Origin: Octopus vulgaris | Lineage: Eukaryota | Length of the DNA stretch: 64,000 nucleotides | NCBI GenBank assembly: GCA_951406725.2 | Contig: OX597816.1 | Span: 140,554,001-140,618,000, forward strand | Reading direction: 5' to 3' | In this document: positions 52,301-62,300 of the stretch, one piece after another | Layout: the number at the start of each line of letters is the position of its first letter | Position numbering within the stretch: position 1 is the stretch's first letter | Program-made: the position numbers and the translations under genes | Notes under the pieces: model-generated | What the model was told of the DNA's origin: nothing | Seen by the model: only the letters and a program-made list of their open reading frames with translations | The model's database searches: none

Positions 52301-55300
52301 GATGCAACTGCAGCCCGCACCATGAGTAAAGCTGGTTTCTGGCAGCGTAAATGACTCCTCCTACTTTCAGGCAAGCATCGTACATTGTGTGCATAATACC
52401 TGTCATTCTGCCTGTTGGTAACTGCCTCTATGGTGAAGATTTTCTTATCAGACCAGATCAACACTTGGAGGTGCGCTTCATCTCAGCTAACATAGTTTTA
52501 CTCCTGTTGAGCCGTTTCTTCTTGGAAGCTGCTGAAATTAACTGCTGGGATTATTTCTTGCATGCAATTAGCTTTAAATCCTCTTTAAAAATCCTGTGCA
52601 TTGACAATTTCAAAATATCAAGAGCTTTTGCAGTTTTTCTTGCACTCCTGCATTAATTTCGGTTCACTTACTTCTTCACAGCTTCAACAGTTTGGTACGA
52701 ATTGATCATTTCCTACCAGGAATTGGCTTGCTAGAGGTAGTAGCAGACTCCATATATTGTTTCCTGGTATTGAACACTGTTTTACAGCACACCTTCACCT
52801 GTTTTGTTATATCCTTGTTGCTCACTCCAGCTGTTTTCAAAGCGACAATCTGGTCACATTTTGCTTTCAATGCCATGTTTGTTTACAAACCTGTTATAGA
52901 TGAACAAAACAATAGACATATGCAAATCTTTACGTAAAATGTAGATAATATTACCTGAATTTATATTGTTTAGGAAGAGTTTTAAGCATGGGTAAATTTT
53001 CTGGGACACCTTGTATTGTAATTGCTATTAATCTTCTAATACCCTGAGTTCCAATAACTCCTCCTTTTTTTCCATTCACATTGTACCTTTCTAACATCTT
53101 TATTAACTAAAACAAGCTCAGCTGTTATCTCCAGCCTGAACTACTATTTTAAATAGATTTCTAGTAACATTCATACTTAAAGAGGGTTTATTAAGAACAA
53201 AAAAACAAAATGATAGTACCCTTTGACTTTAATAAGTTTTAAACTTCTGTTAAAATATTGAAGTTCAATCTAGTTTCTCAATTAGTATGTCTTTATGTTA
53301 TATACCCAGTCCAAAGCAATGTAATTTGGCTGCAAGGCAACTATATAGCAAGATGACAAGTCTTATTTGGCTGATTATGAAGGCAGCTTTAACATTATTT
53401 CAGCTTTACATAACAGAAATCTTTCTTGCTCTAAGTCATGATGATGTCCAGTCTATGAATGAAACCATATCCTGCCCTAGGTTTATTGACTTTATCATTG
53501 AGAATTATTAAATTTTGTAGAATTATTTTATCAGATAATCTTATTTAATGATATATATTTTCGTTTGTTTTATGATATTCCAAGATATTAGAATTGTTGT
53601 TTTCAACTTTCTCAGAGGGAATTTTGAAATGATAATTGTAATTTTGAATAGGAGCAGGCATGGCTATATATAGTTGAGAAGTTCACTCAAAAAACATGTT
53701 TCCAAGTTGATCAATGCCTTGTGAATGAATTTGGTTGACAGAAACTGTACAAGGTTCAGTGCGTGTGTGTGTGTGTGTACATGCTTTACATTTGTGCTTC
53801 ACTGAAAATCAATGAGCTACAAGCAATGATGATTTTGTCACCCTTGTCACTAGCTCTGCACTTTTGAAGATGTATGGCATAAGAAACCTCTTACATGAAA
53901 AGTAAGTAAGGGTTAGTGGCAGGAAAGTCATGGCTGTATAACAATGCATCATTAATGTATTTGTTAAATGCATGCTAGCCTGGAAAAATGAACAAATAAA
54001 TGAACTTTATAACTGAGTAGAGAAGATAATGATTCATCAACTGAATGTATGTTCTGAAGTCTGAGGACACACACACACACACACACACTTAATTGCCTAA
54101 CACAGTACATCATACTGTGGAGATTACATATCATATTGTTAGAGAATATTAGATCAGAGCTAAATTCAATCGCTTGTCTATACTGAACTTGGAGTTATGT
54201 ACAGGCTTCTATCATATTTATCTTTAATTGTATTGTGTTTGTTTTAGAAATAAAGTGATAAAAAAAACTTAGTTATAGATAAGTTGATCAGTCTCAAGAT
54301 ATTTTGTGTGAAGTATATAGTTGAGGAAATATGTAAAGGGTGTAGAACTACAGTCATCATTGTTTGTCTTTATAGAGAATCTTATAAAATGAACAATTTG
54401 TATTAACATAGAAACAGTTCATGTTAATAAAGAGTTGATTTGAATTAATCCAAAATTTTAATAGCATCTGACTTTTGAAGAGAAATTTGATACTTTGCAA
54501 AGAGGATGACCACAAACCTGAAGGCATCGTTGAAAATAGAAATGCAAAGATCCTATGGGATTTTATGATTCAGTGTGACCATGAGATATAGAATAGGAAG
54601 CCAGACATAGTCTTAATTGAGAAAGAAAACAAACTATGCAAGATCATAGTTTAGCATGCCCAGCTGACAACAAGGTATGCGATAAGGAAGAAAGAAAAGT
54701 TGAGAGATATGATAGGTTAGCTTGGGAAGTTAAGCAGTTGTGGTCCATGCACAAGATAGTAGTACCAATAACTGTCTGAGCCCTGGGAACAGTGAGCAAA
54801 ATTCTTGAGAAGTACGTGGAACAAATACGGGCTGCAATAAGGGTGGAGTACTTGCAGAAAACAGCATTGCTTGGAACTGCTCGAATACTCCGGAAGTTGC
54901 TCAAAAAATAAGGGGTGTTACCTTAGTTCACTGGCTGTGAACAGCTGACACTGTAGTACATCTTCAGCATTAGCAGCTGTGCAAAGGCAATGATGATAAT
55001 AATAATAATAATAATAATATAAAATAACCTTTAATATCCTGCTTGCAGTTCAGTGTTATGCATTTAACAGCTTTAATTAACTATGGAATGAAATTGAAAG
55101 CAATCAAAATATTAAACATGTTGTAACAATGTTATATGAAGATCAATAAATTTATGCATGAAAACAGAAATAATATTTATAAAATGAGGAATTTGTATGA
55201 ATCCCACTAATAATAATAATACATTTGTCTTTGTGTAAAAGATGGGCTACAACAAATATTCTACACAATACCACAGATTTGCTTGTCAATTGCTTGACTT

Positions 55301-57305
55301 TAACCAGTTGAACTTATCCCTTGGTGGTTGATGATATATGTAGTGAGTAGTGAGAGAGCATCATAGTTATGTGTTGAGAGGAATTCTTTGGGGTTTGAAT
55401 AATTCACCTTTGGAAACATGCACATATGGTTGTGATGCTTGCGCCTTATGATGGGTGTATTGGGCTTCATATACTTGTACCCCAGTGTCACTTTGATGGC
55501 ATGCACTGTTCTCTCACTCAATAATAATAATAATAAGTAGTAGTAGTAGTAGTAGTAGTAGTATTTGTAGTAGTATGCATGCATGCATTCATAATATTTA
55601 ATATCTATTTGGGACTCCAGAATGATGACTCCATTTTGTTGCTCTTAAGATAGTTCCGAATGCACTATGTTCCTACTTACCCGTTAGTGTGTCGGGCTAA
55701 GAGAAATAACTCACATTGAGGAAGAGAAACAGTTGGTAATTATGGTAGTGGTGTGACAGCAGTGATGTTTGGTGTTGATAATAGTGACTGGGGAATTAGG
55801 GTGAGGGGGAGAGAGAGAAAGTTGTAGTAAGATAGATGGATAGAGAGAGAGATAACAAAAGAGAAATAGACAGAATGTGAGTGAGAGAGAGAACAAAAGA
55901 ATAAGGCAGAAATAGTGAGATCATTTGTGATGTCACTGCGTCTTTAGTTATCTCTTCTCTCATTTCTCCCTCTATCAACCCCACCTCTGCATTTGATTAA
56001 AAGTATTTTTAAAGTGTATCCTGATATATAAAATAATGGCATGATTAACTGACAGTATTAGTTTGTTACAAGAATGGAATACAGTGCTAAGACTTGTATG
56101 TATGTATTTTATCTATGTCTTTATGTGTGTGTGTATGTAAAGATAGATAGATAGATAGACAGACAGGCAGGCAGGCAGACAGACAGATGCTAAAATCCAA
56201 GAGTTTTAAGCATACATTTTAAATTATTGTATAATCTGTTATGAGATTGTATCATATGAGATATATGGATGAAATTCATGCATTTTAAAAGCTAATACTA
56301 TAAAAGCTGGTGATACTGAATTTTAGCAAAATTATCCTTGAAATTTTCATGGGTTTCACTAGTAACAATTGTAATAGATTTTAGACAAATAACAATCTAC
56401 AGAAATATGGCTTTGTGTAAAGTTCAGTAAACTATAGAGAAAGGAAGTTCACTCTCAGTCTAAAAAGTTTAGTATATACTAGCAGATAACAAGACAAATG
56501 CTTTATCTAAATGTTTAAAAGGAGTTGTTGCCAATAAGTTTATAATTTTTTTCACTCTTAACCTTATCTTTAGAGATGATAAATATTTTCTCTTTAATTA
56601 CACCTACCCTGTGTTTTGTGGTTTGATCTTCAATTGTCACCAAGTTGTGTGTACAGTATAGGACTGGATTTGATGTTGGAGTCCATATTTCTTAACTAAA
56701 AATAATACATCCTTATGTACTGGGTAGCTGACTAATGTAAATATTGGAAAAAATCTTTCCTCTCTAAAGATGAGATTAATAACTTAAAAAATTATACTCT
56801 TATTACCTGCCTTGTTTAACATTTTACTGCTTCTCCATTTCTATTAACCAATCAATTAATCTATAATTGTGTGTGTGTGTGTGTGTGTGTGTGTGGTAAA
56901 ATGTAAATATATAAAATATTTTGTTATTGCTTTTAATTTATAGGTAAATATCAGATTCTAAATTTTTTAGTTATTTACATTTCTTATTGTTATGAACCAT
57001 TACAAAACTTAGTTTAAGATTAAAATATACAGATGGTTTAAGTATATAATTAATAACATTATCTATATTCATAGAAAAGCTTGTGAAATAATTTGTTATT
57101 TGAAATTAATTTAAGCATGTACAGCACCCAAAATAAGTTTATATAAAATAGAATAAAGTTGCTTGTAAGCTTTTTAAAAGAAAAAAAAACCAGTTAAGGG
57201 TGACGTGAGGGTTCATTTAACACACTGAATGCTTATGCAAATTATTTCTAGTCTTGCATCTTTCTGTCACAGGATCAAAAGGAGCGGTAGACAGTGGTGT
57301 AATTG
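19690..57305 (+). CDS. PLEKHM1: PLEKHM1-like RUN-domain protein, 5' part only (3' end lies beyond the window): join(19690-19708,25384-25486,28429-28507,33368-33412,34955-35050,37886-37965,40220-40290,41585-41893,43403-43810,57273-57305)
   Basis: Phase-consistent GT-AG exons. RUN motifs LCDILEAIFLHGLK, FWKFI..FTH, TDVGYCRVWIRLALNDG and SYLRD.E are followed by FELPYNSSVLNSW..PLLLAG, typical of PLEKHM1. The PH and C-terminal Rubicon-homology regions are not in the window. Confidence 0.85.
20765..22445 (+). repeat. Diverged direct duplication of ~360 bp (20765-21125 and 22073-22445)
   Basis: Colinear shared words tgcaataagtcaat, aggtttgagt.aa.catgtt, tgtagtgtg, gtggaaaga, tgtttcattt. Confidence 0.75.
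24482..25236 (+). mobile_element. 5'-truncated copy of the same RTE LINE, lacking the 3' UTR array
   Basis: Near-identical to about 61889-62431 plus 62985-63200; (GAT)n tail; track ORF 24638-24967 equals the RTE C-terminus. Confidence 0.93.
25384..25486 (+). CDS. PLEKHM1: PLEKHM1-like exon 2 (DEEKENARKVKITKELSKTLKALQASQMFDEPVQS)
   Basis: Acceptor tttag; donor gtcagt; phase 1-2. Confidence 0.85.
25822..26103. mobile_element. Second, rearranged copy of the tRNA-hammerhead element (inverted 3' part plus forward tRNA-to-hammerhead part)
   Basis: 25822-25945 is the reverse complement of the element 3' end. 25948-26103 is the tRNA head, (AAT)n and acacctgatgaaggctggag. Confidence 0.8.
27283..27497. 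mobile_element. Mariner-type MITE
   Basis: TIR caagggggtgctgaaaaagtt / aactttttcagcaccccctcg. Confidence 0.85.
27520..27692 (+). mobile_element. RTE tail fragment following (TA)n
   Basis: cattaggaagggcatccagctgtagaaa...ggacgttaaatgatgat. Confidence 0.75.
28429..28507 (+). CDS. PLEKHM1: PLEKHM1-like exon 3 (NELSNRLCDILEAIFLHGLKEPVTHK), start of RUN domain
   Basis: Long pyrimidine tract plus aag acceptor; donor gtaaaa; RUN motif. Confidence 0.9.
28547..29085 (+). repeat. (TAA)n-associated interspersed repeat; inverted, deleted copy at about 55220-55535
   Basis: gagt(a/g)agagagcagtgcatg.catcaaagt..cact shared between copies; both flanked by ATT/AAT runs. Confidence 0.65.
29100..29308 (+). mobile_element. 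SINE family with core gactttgcctttcatcctttcggggtcgataaa; further copies at about 17800-17910 (-), 18510-19050, 19080-19240 and 63918-64000
   Basis: ctggcagaa..gttagca..ggcgaaatgcttag head, gagttcaaattcc B box and shared core. Confidence 0.75.
29312..29512 (-). mobile_element. Internally deleted RTE 3' fragment
   Basis: (CAT)n followed by reverse-complement RTE ORF-end and tail motifs. Confidence 0.7.
29525..31599 (-). mobile_element. Defective hAT transposon of the Buster/Charlie (ZBED8/SCAND3-like) type, 3'-truncated
   Basis: Fragments RQYNSDYLSFGF, ASYNIALLVAKSGK..TIGETL, LSNNTI, FSIQVDEST, GAPSM, CLSHRWHL, VRWLLKGNC. Terminus CATAGCTTCCCAAAGTGGGCG with flank atcTAtaa. An unrelated insert probably lies at about 30900-31295. 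Confidence 0.88.
31806..32022. mobile_element. piggyBac-type MITE, same family as 35551-35770
   Basis: High similarity to 35551-35770; TIR ccctttt-gttac; TTAA at the right end. Confidence 0.85.
33368..33412 (+). CDS. PLEKHM1: PLEKHM1-like exon 4 (LKMFMQPTSGQVTTL)
   Basis: Acceptor tttccag; donor gtaagt; 45 nt; phase 0-0. Confidence 0.75.
34090..34308. mobile_element. piggyBac-type MITE, second family
   Basis: TTAA at both ends; imperfect TIR ctctctagca / tgctaaagtg. Confidence 0.65.
34955..35050 (+). CDS. PLEKHM1: PLEKHM1-like exon 5 (NFWKFISRFTHKNVIAQIQDLNQIKTDVGYCR)
   Basis: Acceptor acag; donor gtaagt; RUN motif. Confidence 0.92.
35551..35770. mobile_element. piggyBac-type MITE
   Basis: TTAA TSD at both ends; TIR CCCTTTTGTTAC / GTAACAAAAGGG. 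Confidence 0.9.
36300..36772 (+). mobile_element. SINE with the same tRNA head but an RTE-derived tail
   Basis: Head matches 18544-18700; tail agaagggcatccagctgtagaaa matches the RTE 3' end. Confidence 0.7.
36905..37339 (-). mobile_element. RTE LINE 3' UTR fragment with ~59-bp tandem units, flanked by (TA)n
   Basis: Reverse complement of the RTE tail; repeated gtgccaccggcac...cggatggtgctttt units. Confidence 0.88.
37886..37965 (+). CDS. PLEKHM1: PLEKHM1-like exon 6 (VWIRLALNDGILGSYIDVMTADVQAL)
   Basis: Acceptor ctttgtag; donor gtgagg; RUN motif WIRLALN. Confidence 0.92.
38425..38716 (-). mobile_element. tRNA-derived SINE inserted in (TA)n
   Basis: Minus strand head tggaggcgcaatggcccagtggttagggcagcggactc...ggtttcgattccc; (TA)n on both sides. 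Confidence 0.85.
38905..39252 (+). mobile_element. Decayed RTE LINE 3' fragment
   Basis: ggtagacc..gaggtggtgaagcatgatcttc and ggcattaggaagggcatccagc tail motifs. Confidence 0.75.
40220..40290 (+). CDS. PLEKHM1: PLEKHM1-like exon 7 (SFYHHLSYLRDLEQPGILKSYVQ)
   Basis: Poly-T plus aag acceptor; donor gtaaat; phase 2-1. Confidence 0.88.
40356..40567. mobile_element. pogo/Tigger-type MITE
   Basis: TIR cagtaatcccttg / caagggattactg followed by TA. Confidence 0.8.
41585..41893 (+). CDS. PLEKHM1: PLEKHM1-like exon 8 (GITAFQFELPYNSSVLNSW...SNTVE)
   Basis: Acceptor tttttactgcag; donor gtaaat; inside track ORF 41545-41901. Confidence 0.9.
43403..43810 (+). CDS. PLEKHM1: PLEKHM1-like exon 9 (Ser/Asp/Asn-rich linker, VKTVLKK...EVQD)
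   Basis: Long pyrimidine tract plus acag; 408 nt open; donor gtaagt; phase 1-1. Confidence 0.88.
44530..44820. repeat. Degenerate (CAC/CAT/TAC)n low-complexity tract
   Basis: Trinucleotide periodicity; gives spurious His/Thr/Pro-rich ORFs. Confidence 0.75.
45060..45720 (-). mobile_element. Very decayed CR1/L2-like LINE remnant
   Basis: LEYCSHLW motif in minus-strand ORF 45417-45641. Confidence 0.4.
46195..47282 (+). mobile_element. Older RTE LINE 3' portion with an internal inverted duplication
   Basis: Degenerate match to 61905-62375 and the tail; about 46880-47035 is the reverse complement of about 46470-46650. Confidence 0.82.
47568..47890 (-). mobile_element. RTE LINE 3' UTR fragment
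   Basis: (CAT)n followed by the reverse complement of the RTE tail. Confidence 0.85.
48700..51211 (-). mobile_element. Non-autonomous Helitron-like element with internal duplications
   Basis: Minus strand begins a|TCTTAATATATAAAAG. The block tttatttggtagccgaaagattactgaa...aggaacat recurs at about 49810, 51075 and 36150. 49545-49770 resembles 50590-50800. Confidence 0.45.
51412..51472 (+). CDS. Candidate alternative first (or cassette) coding exon of the PLEKHM1-like gene (MATNLDKLLSDSPTGLISPH)
   Basis: ATG in agtATGG context; 20 open codons; phase-1 donor gtaagc; CCAAT motifs upstream; unique sequence between two transposons. Confidence 0.4.
51739..53013 (-). mobile_element. Full-length but inactive maT (DD37D) Tc1/mariner transposon
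   Basis: TIRs CAGGGTGTCCCAGAAA / TTTCTGGGACACCTTG with TA TSD. Transposase 52876 to 51860 has IWSD, QD-x37-D (SPDINPTD), stops and frameshifts. Confidence 0.93.
54508..55020 (+). mobile_element. R4/Dong-clade non-LTR retrotransposon 3' fragment (restriction-like endonuclease)
   Basis: KILWDFMIQCDHEI*NRKPDIVLIEK...KVERYDRL...LQKTALLGTARILRKL, then an (AAT)n tail. Confidence 0.85.
57273..57305 (+). CDS. PLEKHM1: PLEKHM1-like 33-nt micro-exon (GSKGAVDSGVI)
   Basis: Acceptor tctttctgtcacag; donor G/gtaagc; symmetric phase 1-1; open frame. Confidence 0.65.
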
Positions 57306-57989
57306 GTAAGCTATGTAAAAAACATTTCTGTTGTCACTCATTCATAGTATTGGAAACTAGTTTGTAAACAGTAGAAATCTCCAAGACAAAAAGGGACTGA
57401 AGTAGATATTGTAAAGCGTTTATTTCAGTATATTGCCCTTCTGTATTGTAATGTCACTTTGCTTTTCCTCCCTCTCAAAAGATGGAGATGGATGTCTGTG
57501 ATACATACTTGTAAAGACTGTGATTAAATCACTCAGTTTTCCATTTAAAAACTTTTTTTGTGAAATTGGTTTCATTTTCAAACCAGAAAATCTCATAAGG
57601 TGAAGTAAATACTATTTCATTTGCTGTTCAAGTATTTTAACATGGATGGTTTTTATGGTGGTATTCAGATAATATTGAAGACATAAATAATTATGTAATA
57701 CTGTGATATAAAGATATTCTATATCAATATTATTTTCCATTGTGTTTATACTGTAGTGTGGTGTTCAGCTATTATTCCAAAGTGAGTGCTTGTATTGTTA
57801 CTTTGTATTATTTTGATATTATCAGATATTATTTTGAAAAGAATGGATGTGTGGTAGTTTGATTTTCAAATATTGTAACATGGGTAGTTCTGTGCTTGTC
57901 TGATGTTCAAAAAATTTCTTTGTCAAGACCAACTCACTATAATTTGCATTTGTTCATCTTTTGACAGCGTTACTCATGGTAGTCTAGTT

Positions 57990-58900
57990 GTAACCAAGGA
58001 AATTAGGTATAGATGACTGGCTTGTGAGAGCCATGCAAGTTGTATACAGAGATGCCATCTGCAAGGCAAGAGCTAGCAATGTATTTAGCATACAGATAAG
58101 TATCCCCTCCTGTTTATTTACTTCTTCAGGACATAATAAAGGGGATCAGTATTGGTTGTTCATGAGAACTTCTGTAGGCTGATGACCTAATTTTCATAGG
58201 TCAAAGGATTAAAGGAATTTCAAAGCTAACTTAGCAGACATTTTAGTTTGCAGGAAATAAAATAGGACTGCACTGCTATCTGGGAAGTATCCATATTTGT
58301 TTGACAAGAGAGGAGTTGGTAACAATTCCATAGTGTACCTGGGTACTATGAAAGCATAATAAAGAACCTTAGTTAGAACAAGATGAAAAACGTTTAGGGA
58401 GCTGCTACCTCTGATGGTAACAAAGGGAATCTTCCTCCTAACAAAGAACAGATTCTACGATACTTGCATATGTAATATGACATTGTATGGTAATAAAACA
58501 TGGGCATCGAATACTAGGATACATGAAAATTGGATGGAAATGAGGCAAGCATGCTCTGCTGGATATGTAATGATAGCATGCATGAATGCAGGATCACAAA
58601 ATAATTGAGAAAAAAATTAGGTATAAAAGAAGTTAGCTGTAATGTGCAAAAGAGGAGACTGTGCAAGTATGGACATGTGATGTATATGGAGGTTATTGTT
58701 GGGTAAATAAATGCCAAATGAGTCAAGCGAAAGACACTTGCTGAAGCGAAAGACATGAGAAATAAGTGAAAGATGATTTCAGGAGGCTGAACTGCATGAA
58801 GGAGATAAGTGTTTGCAATAAATAGTAAGATCTTGTGCTAAAGAAAACCCATGAAAGCATGGCAAAACAGGCTACTGCTGCTGCTGATGATGATGATGAT
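57990..58900 (+). mobile_element. Highly decayed RTE LINE (RT and C-terminal region)
   Basis: Remnants of KLGIDDWLVRAMQ..YRDA, ADDL and FRELLPL..TKG, with stops and deletions; (GAT)n near 58886. Confidence 0.75.
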
Positions 58901-59348
58901 GACAGCTGCTGCTGCTTGTTGCTTGCTGTGGTGATGGTGGTGCAGTGTTCAGATATTCTAACATCTGTAGTTGCATGAATTCAGATAATATTCTGTCCTC
59001 AGTGGTTGTGTTGTGTCAGGACTGCAATTTTAGATGAAAATGTGATAAACTTACTCCCAATTTAATCAGTGCAGTGATATTGAAGAGCTAAAATATTTTA
59101 TTAATTGTTATCTTTAATGGACACTTTTGCTACAGGTTGTGTGGTTCATAGAATAAAGCCATATCTGAATTATCAAAGATTAAGTAATGTCAGTGCTATA
59201 ATCTGAGGATAGAAACCAGAAATGGTAAACATTATAATCTGAAACACAGTTTTATAAAAATAAACATGGCATATATATATATATATATATATAGGTACAT
59301 AACACTGCGGCCCCTCATCCCAGGGTCTCAGAGGCCCACACCCTCAGG

Positions 59349-62300
59349 GTGGGCACCCTCAACGTTGGCACATTGAAAGGTAGGTCTGGCGAGATAGTCG
59401 AGATGCTTGAACGGAGACGTGTTGATGTATGTTGTATGCAAGAAATAAGGTGGAGAGGAGGATCTGCTAGGGTCCTCACAGGCAAGGAACACAGGTACAA
59501 GATTTTCTGGGCAGGGAACACTGACGGGGTTGGTGGCGTGGGTATACTTATCGCTGAGAAATGGATAGATAGAGTAGTTGAGGTAATCAGAGTAAGTGAC
59601 AGAATACTTAAGATTAGAATAGTGCTTCATAATAGATTAGCAACCATTATATCGGCCTATGCCCCTCAGCCAGGGCTACCCGATGGACAGAAAGACAGTT
59701 TCTATGACACCCTACTGCAGACCACCTCATCGACGAACGACAGGGACCTTCTCTTTGTGGCTGGTGATTTCAATGGGCATGTTGGACGACATGCTGGGGG
59801 CTTCCATGGCGTACATGGAGGCTACGGTTATGGTTCCCGCAACGAGGAGGGAACCAGGCTGCTGGAGTTCTGCGATGCGAATAGTCTTATGGTCTGCAAC
59901 ACTAACTTCAGGAAACCAACAAGCCACCTGGTCACCTACCGATCGGGCCGGCATACTAGCCAAATCGACTACATCCTTGCCAGAAAAAGGGAAAGATGGC
60001 TGCTTAAAAATGCCAAAACCTTCCCAGGCGAAGAATGTACCCCACAACATAGACTGGTAGTTAGTGACTTTAGGATCAGGACTAAGAGGGCGACTAGAAG
60101 ACGACCAACATGGAGAAGAAGGGTCTGGAAGCTTAAAGCCCCTGCGAATGGACAGAGATTTAGAGATATGTTACTTGAAGCCTTCGACGAAGTGGAAGGG
60201 GGTATAGCTACACATGGGGTAGAAGACAACTGGACGTTTCTGAGGGACAACCTGCTGAAAGCCGCTGACCAGATCTGTGGCTGGTGCAAAGTCCCCTTAA
60301 GACCCAAAATAACGTGGTGGTGGAACAATATTGTTGACAGGGCTATTAGACAAAAGAAACAGGCTTGGAAGGCCTGGAAGAACGGTGGTAGCAGGGAAGG
60401 GTATCAGACTGCCAGAAGGGAAGCTAGGAGACAGGTCTATCTAGCCAGAGGGGAAGCAGATAAGAGAAAATTTGCCAATGTCCTGCGCCGTGAGGATGAA
60501 AGACTTGAGGTATTTCGTGTTGCAAGACAGTGTGTGAGAGAGAATCGTGATGTGGTAGGAGAGAAATGTGTTCGCATGGAGGATGGTTCACTTGCGCTAA
60601 ATGAGGATGCAAAGAGAGAAGCTTGGAGACGCCACTATGAAAGGTTACTGAATGAGGAAAATGAATGGGATAAAGAGAGTCTGCCGAATGTTGACCCTAC
60701 AGAGGGACCAGCTATCCGAGTTGATAGTTCCGTGGTAGCTAAGGCAATTAGAAGCATGAAGACAGGGAAAGCCCCAGGCCCATCAGGAATTACTGCAGAG
60801 ATGCTCAAAATATCTGGCAGTGTCGGCTATAACCTAGTCACCCGTATAGTCAACCAGGTGATACACGAAGGAGTCATACCCAATGACTGGTGCAGCAGCA
60901 TACTAGTCAACTGCTACAAAGGTAAAGGTGATGCCCTAGATACAAATAATTACAGAGGTATCAAGCTGTTGGATCAAGTAATGAAGGTTACGGAGAGGGT
61001 CATAGCCCAACTAATTAGAGAGAGAGTTAGTTTAGATGAGATGCAGTTTGGGTTCGTGCCAGGGAAAAGTACCACTGATGCTATATTCCTGGTAAGGCAG
61101 CTGCAGGAGAAATACCTAGCCAAAGATAAGCCCCTGTACCTGGCTTTCGTTGACATGGAGAAAGCTTTTGATAGGGTCCCCCGATCCCTTATCTGGTGGT
61201 CAATGAGGAAACTAGGGATAGATGAATGGCTGGTGAGGACTGTGCAAGCCATGTACAGAGATGCCGTAAGTAAGGTTAGGGTTGGCAACATGTACACAGA
61301 AGAATTCAAAGTAGAGGTTGGGGTCCACCAGGGTTCAGTACTCAGCCCCCTCCTATTTATCATAGTACTCCAGGCAATTACGGAGGAATTCAAGACAGGC
61401 TGTCCCTGGGAGCTCCTCTACGCTGACGACCTTGCTCTTATTGCTGAGTCACTATCAGAACTGGAGGAGAAGTTCCAGGTGTGGAAGGAGGGTTTAGAAT
61501 CAAGGGGCCTTAGAGTCAACCTAGCTAAAACCAAAGTACTAATAAGTAGAAAGGTAGACAATCCACAAATATCTTCAGGAAGATGGCCCTGCTCGATCTG
61601 TAGAAAAGGTGTAGGTAGAAACTCTATAAGATGTACCCAGTGTAAGCTATGGACACATAAGAGGTGCAGCAATGTCAAAGGTAGGCTAACTGGGAAGATA
61701 GTTTTTGTATGTGGCAGATGCTCGGGAGCATTAACCTCCGAAAATCTGCAGAAAACAACTTCCGTCACTTTCCAGGGGGAAAAACTAGAAGTAGTTGATA
61801 GCTTCCGTTATCTAGGTGACCAAGTCAGTAGTGGGGGTGGGTGCGCTGAAAGTGTAACTGCTAGAATAAGAATAGCCTGGGCAAAGTTTAGGGAGCTCTT
61901 ACCTCTGCTGGTGACTAAAGGCCTCTCGCTCAGAGTAAAAGGCAGACTGTATGATGCGTGTGTACGAACAGCCATGCTACATGGCAGCGAAACATGGGCC
62001 GTGACTGCTGAGGACATGCGTAAGCTCGTGAGGAATGAAGCCAGTATGCTCCGATGGATGTGTAATGTCAGTGTACATACTCGACAGAGCGTTAGCACCT
62101 TGAGAGAAATGTTGTACCTAAGAAGCATCAGTTGTGGTGTGCAAGAGAGACGATTGCGCTGGTATGGTCATGTGGCGAGAATGGATGAAGATAGGTGTGT
62201 GAGAAAGTGCCAATCCCTAGCAGTTGAGGGAACCCGTGGAAGAGGTAGACCCAGGAAAACCTGGGACGAGGTGGTGAAGCACGACCTTCGAACTTTAGGC

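Noticed and set aside
59136-59183. Possible 48-nt phase 1-1 exon (GCVVHRIKPYLNYQRL)
   Set aside because: The acceptor is plausible but the donor (A/gtaatg) is weak and there is no homology support. Left uncalled pending RNA-seq.
59290-59300. TAG|GT at the RTE left junction as a splice acceptor fusing PLEKHM1 to the RTE ORF
   Set aside because: No pyrimidine tract, and it would be phase 0 whereas the nearest upstream PLEKHM1 exons end in phase 1.
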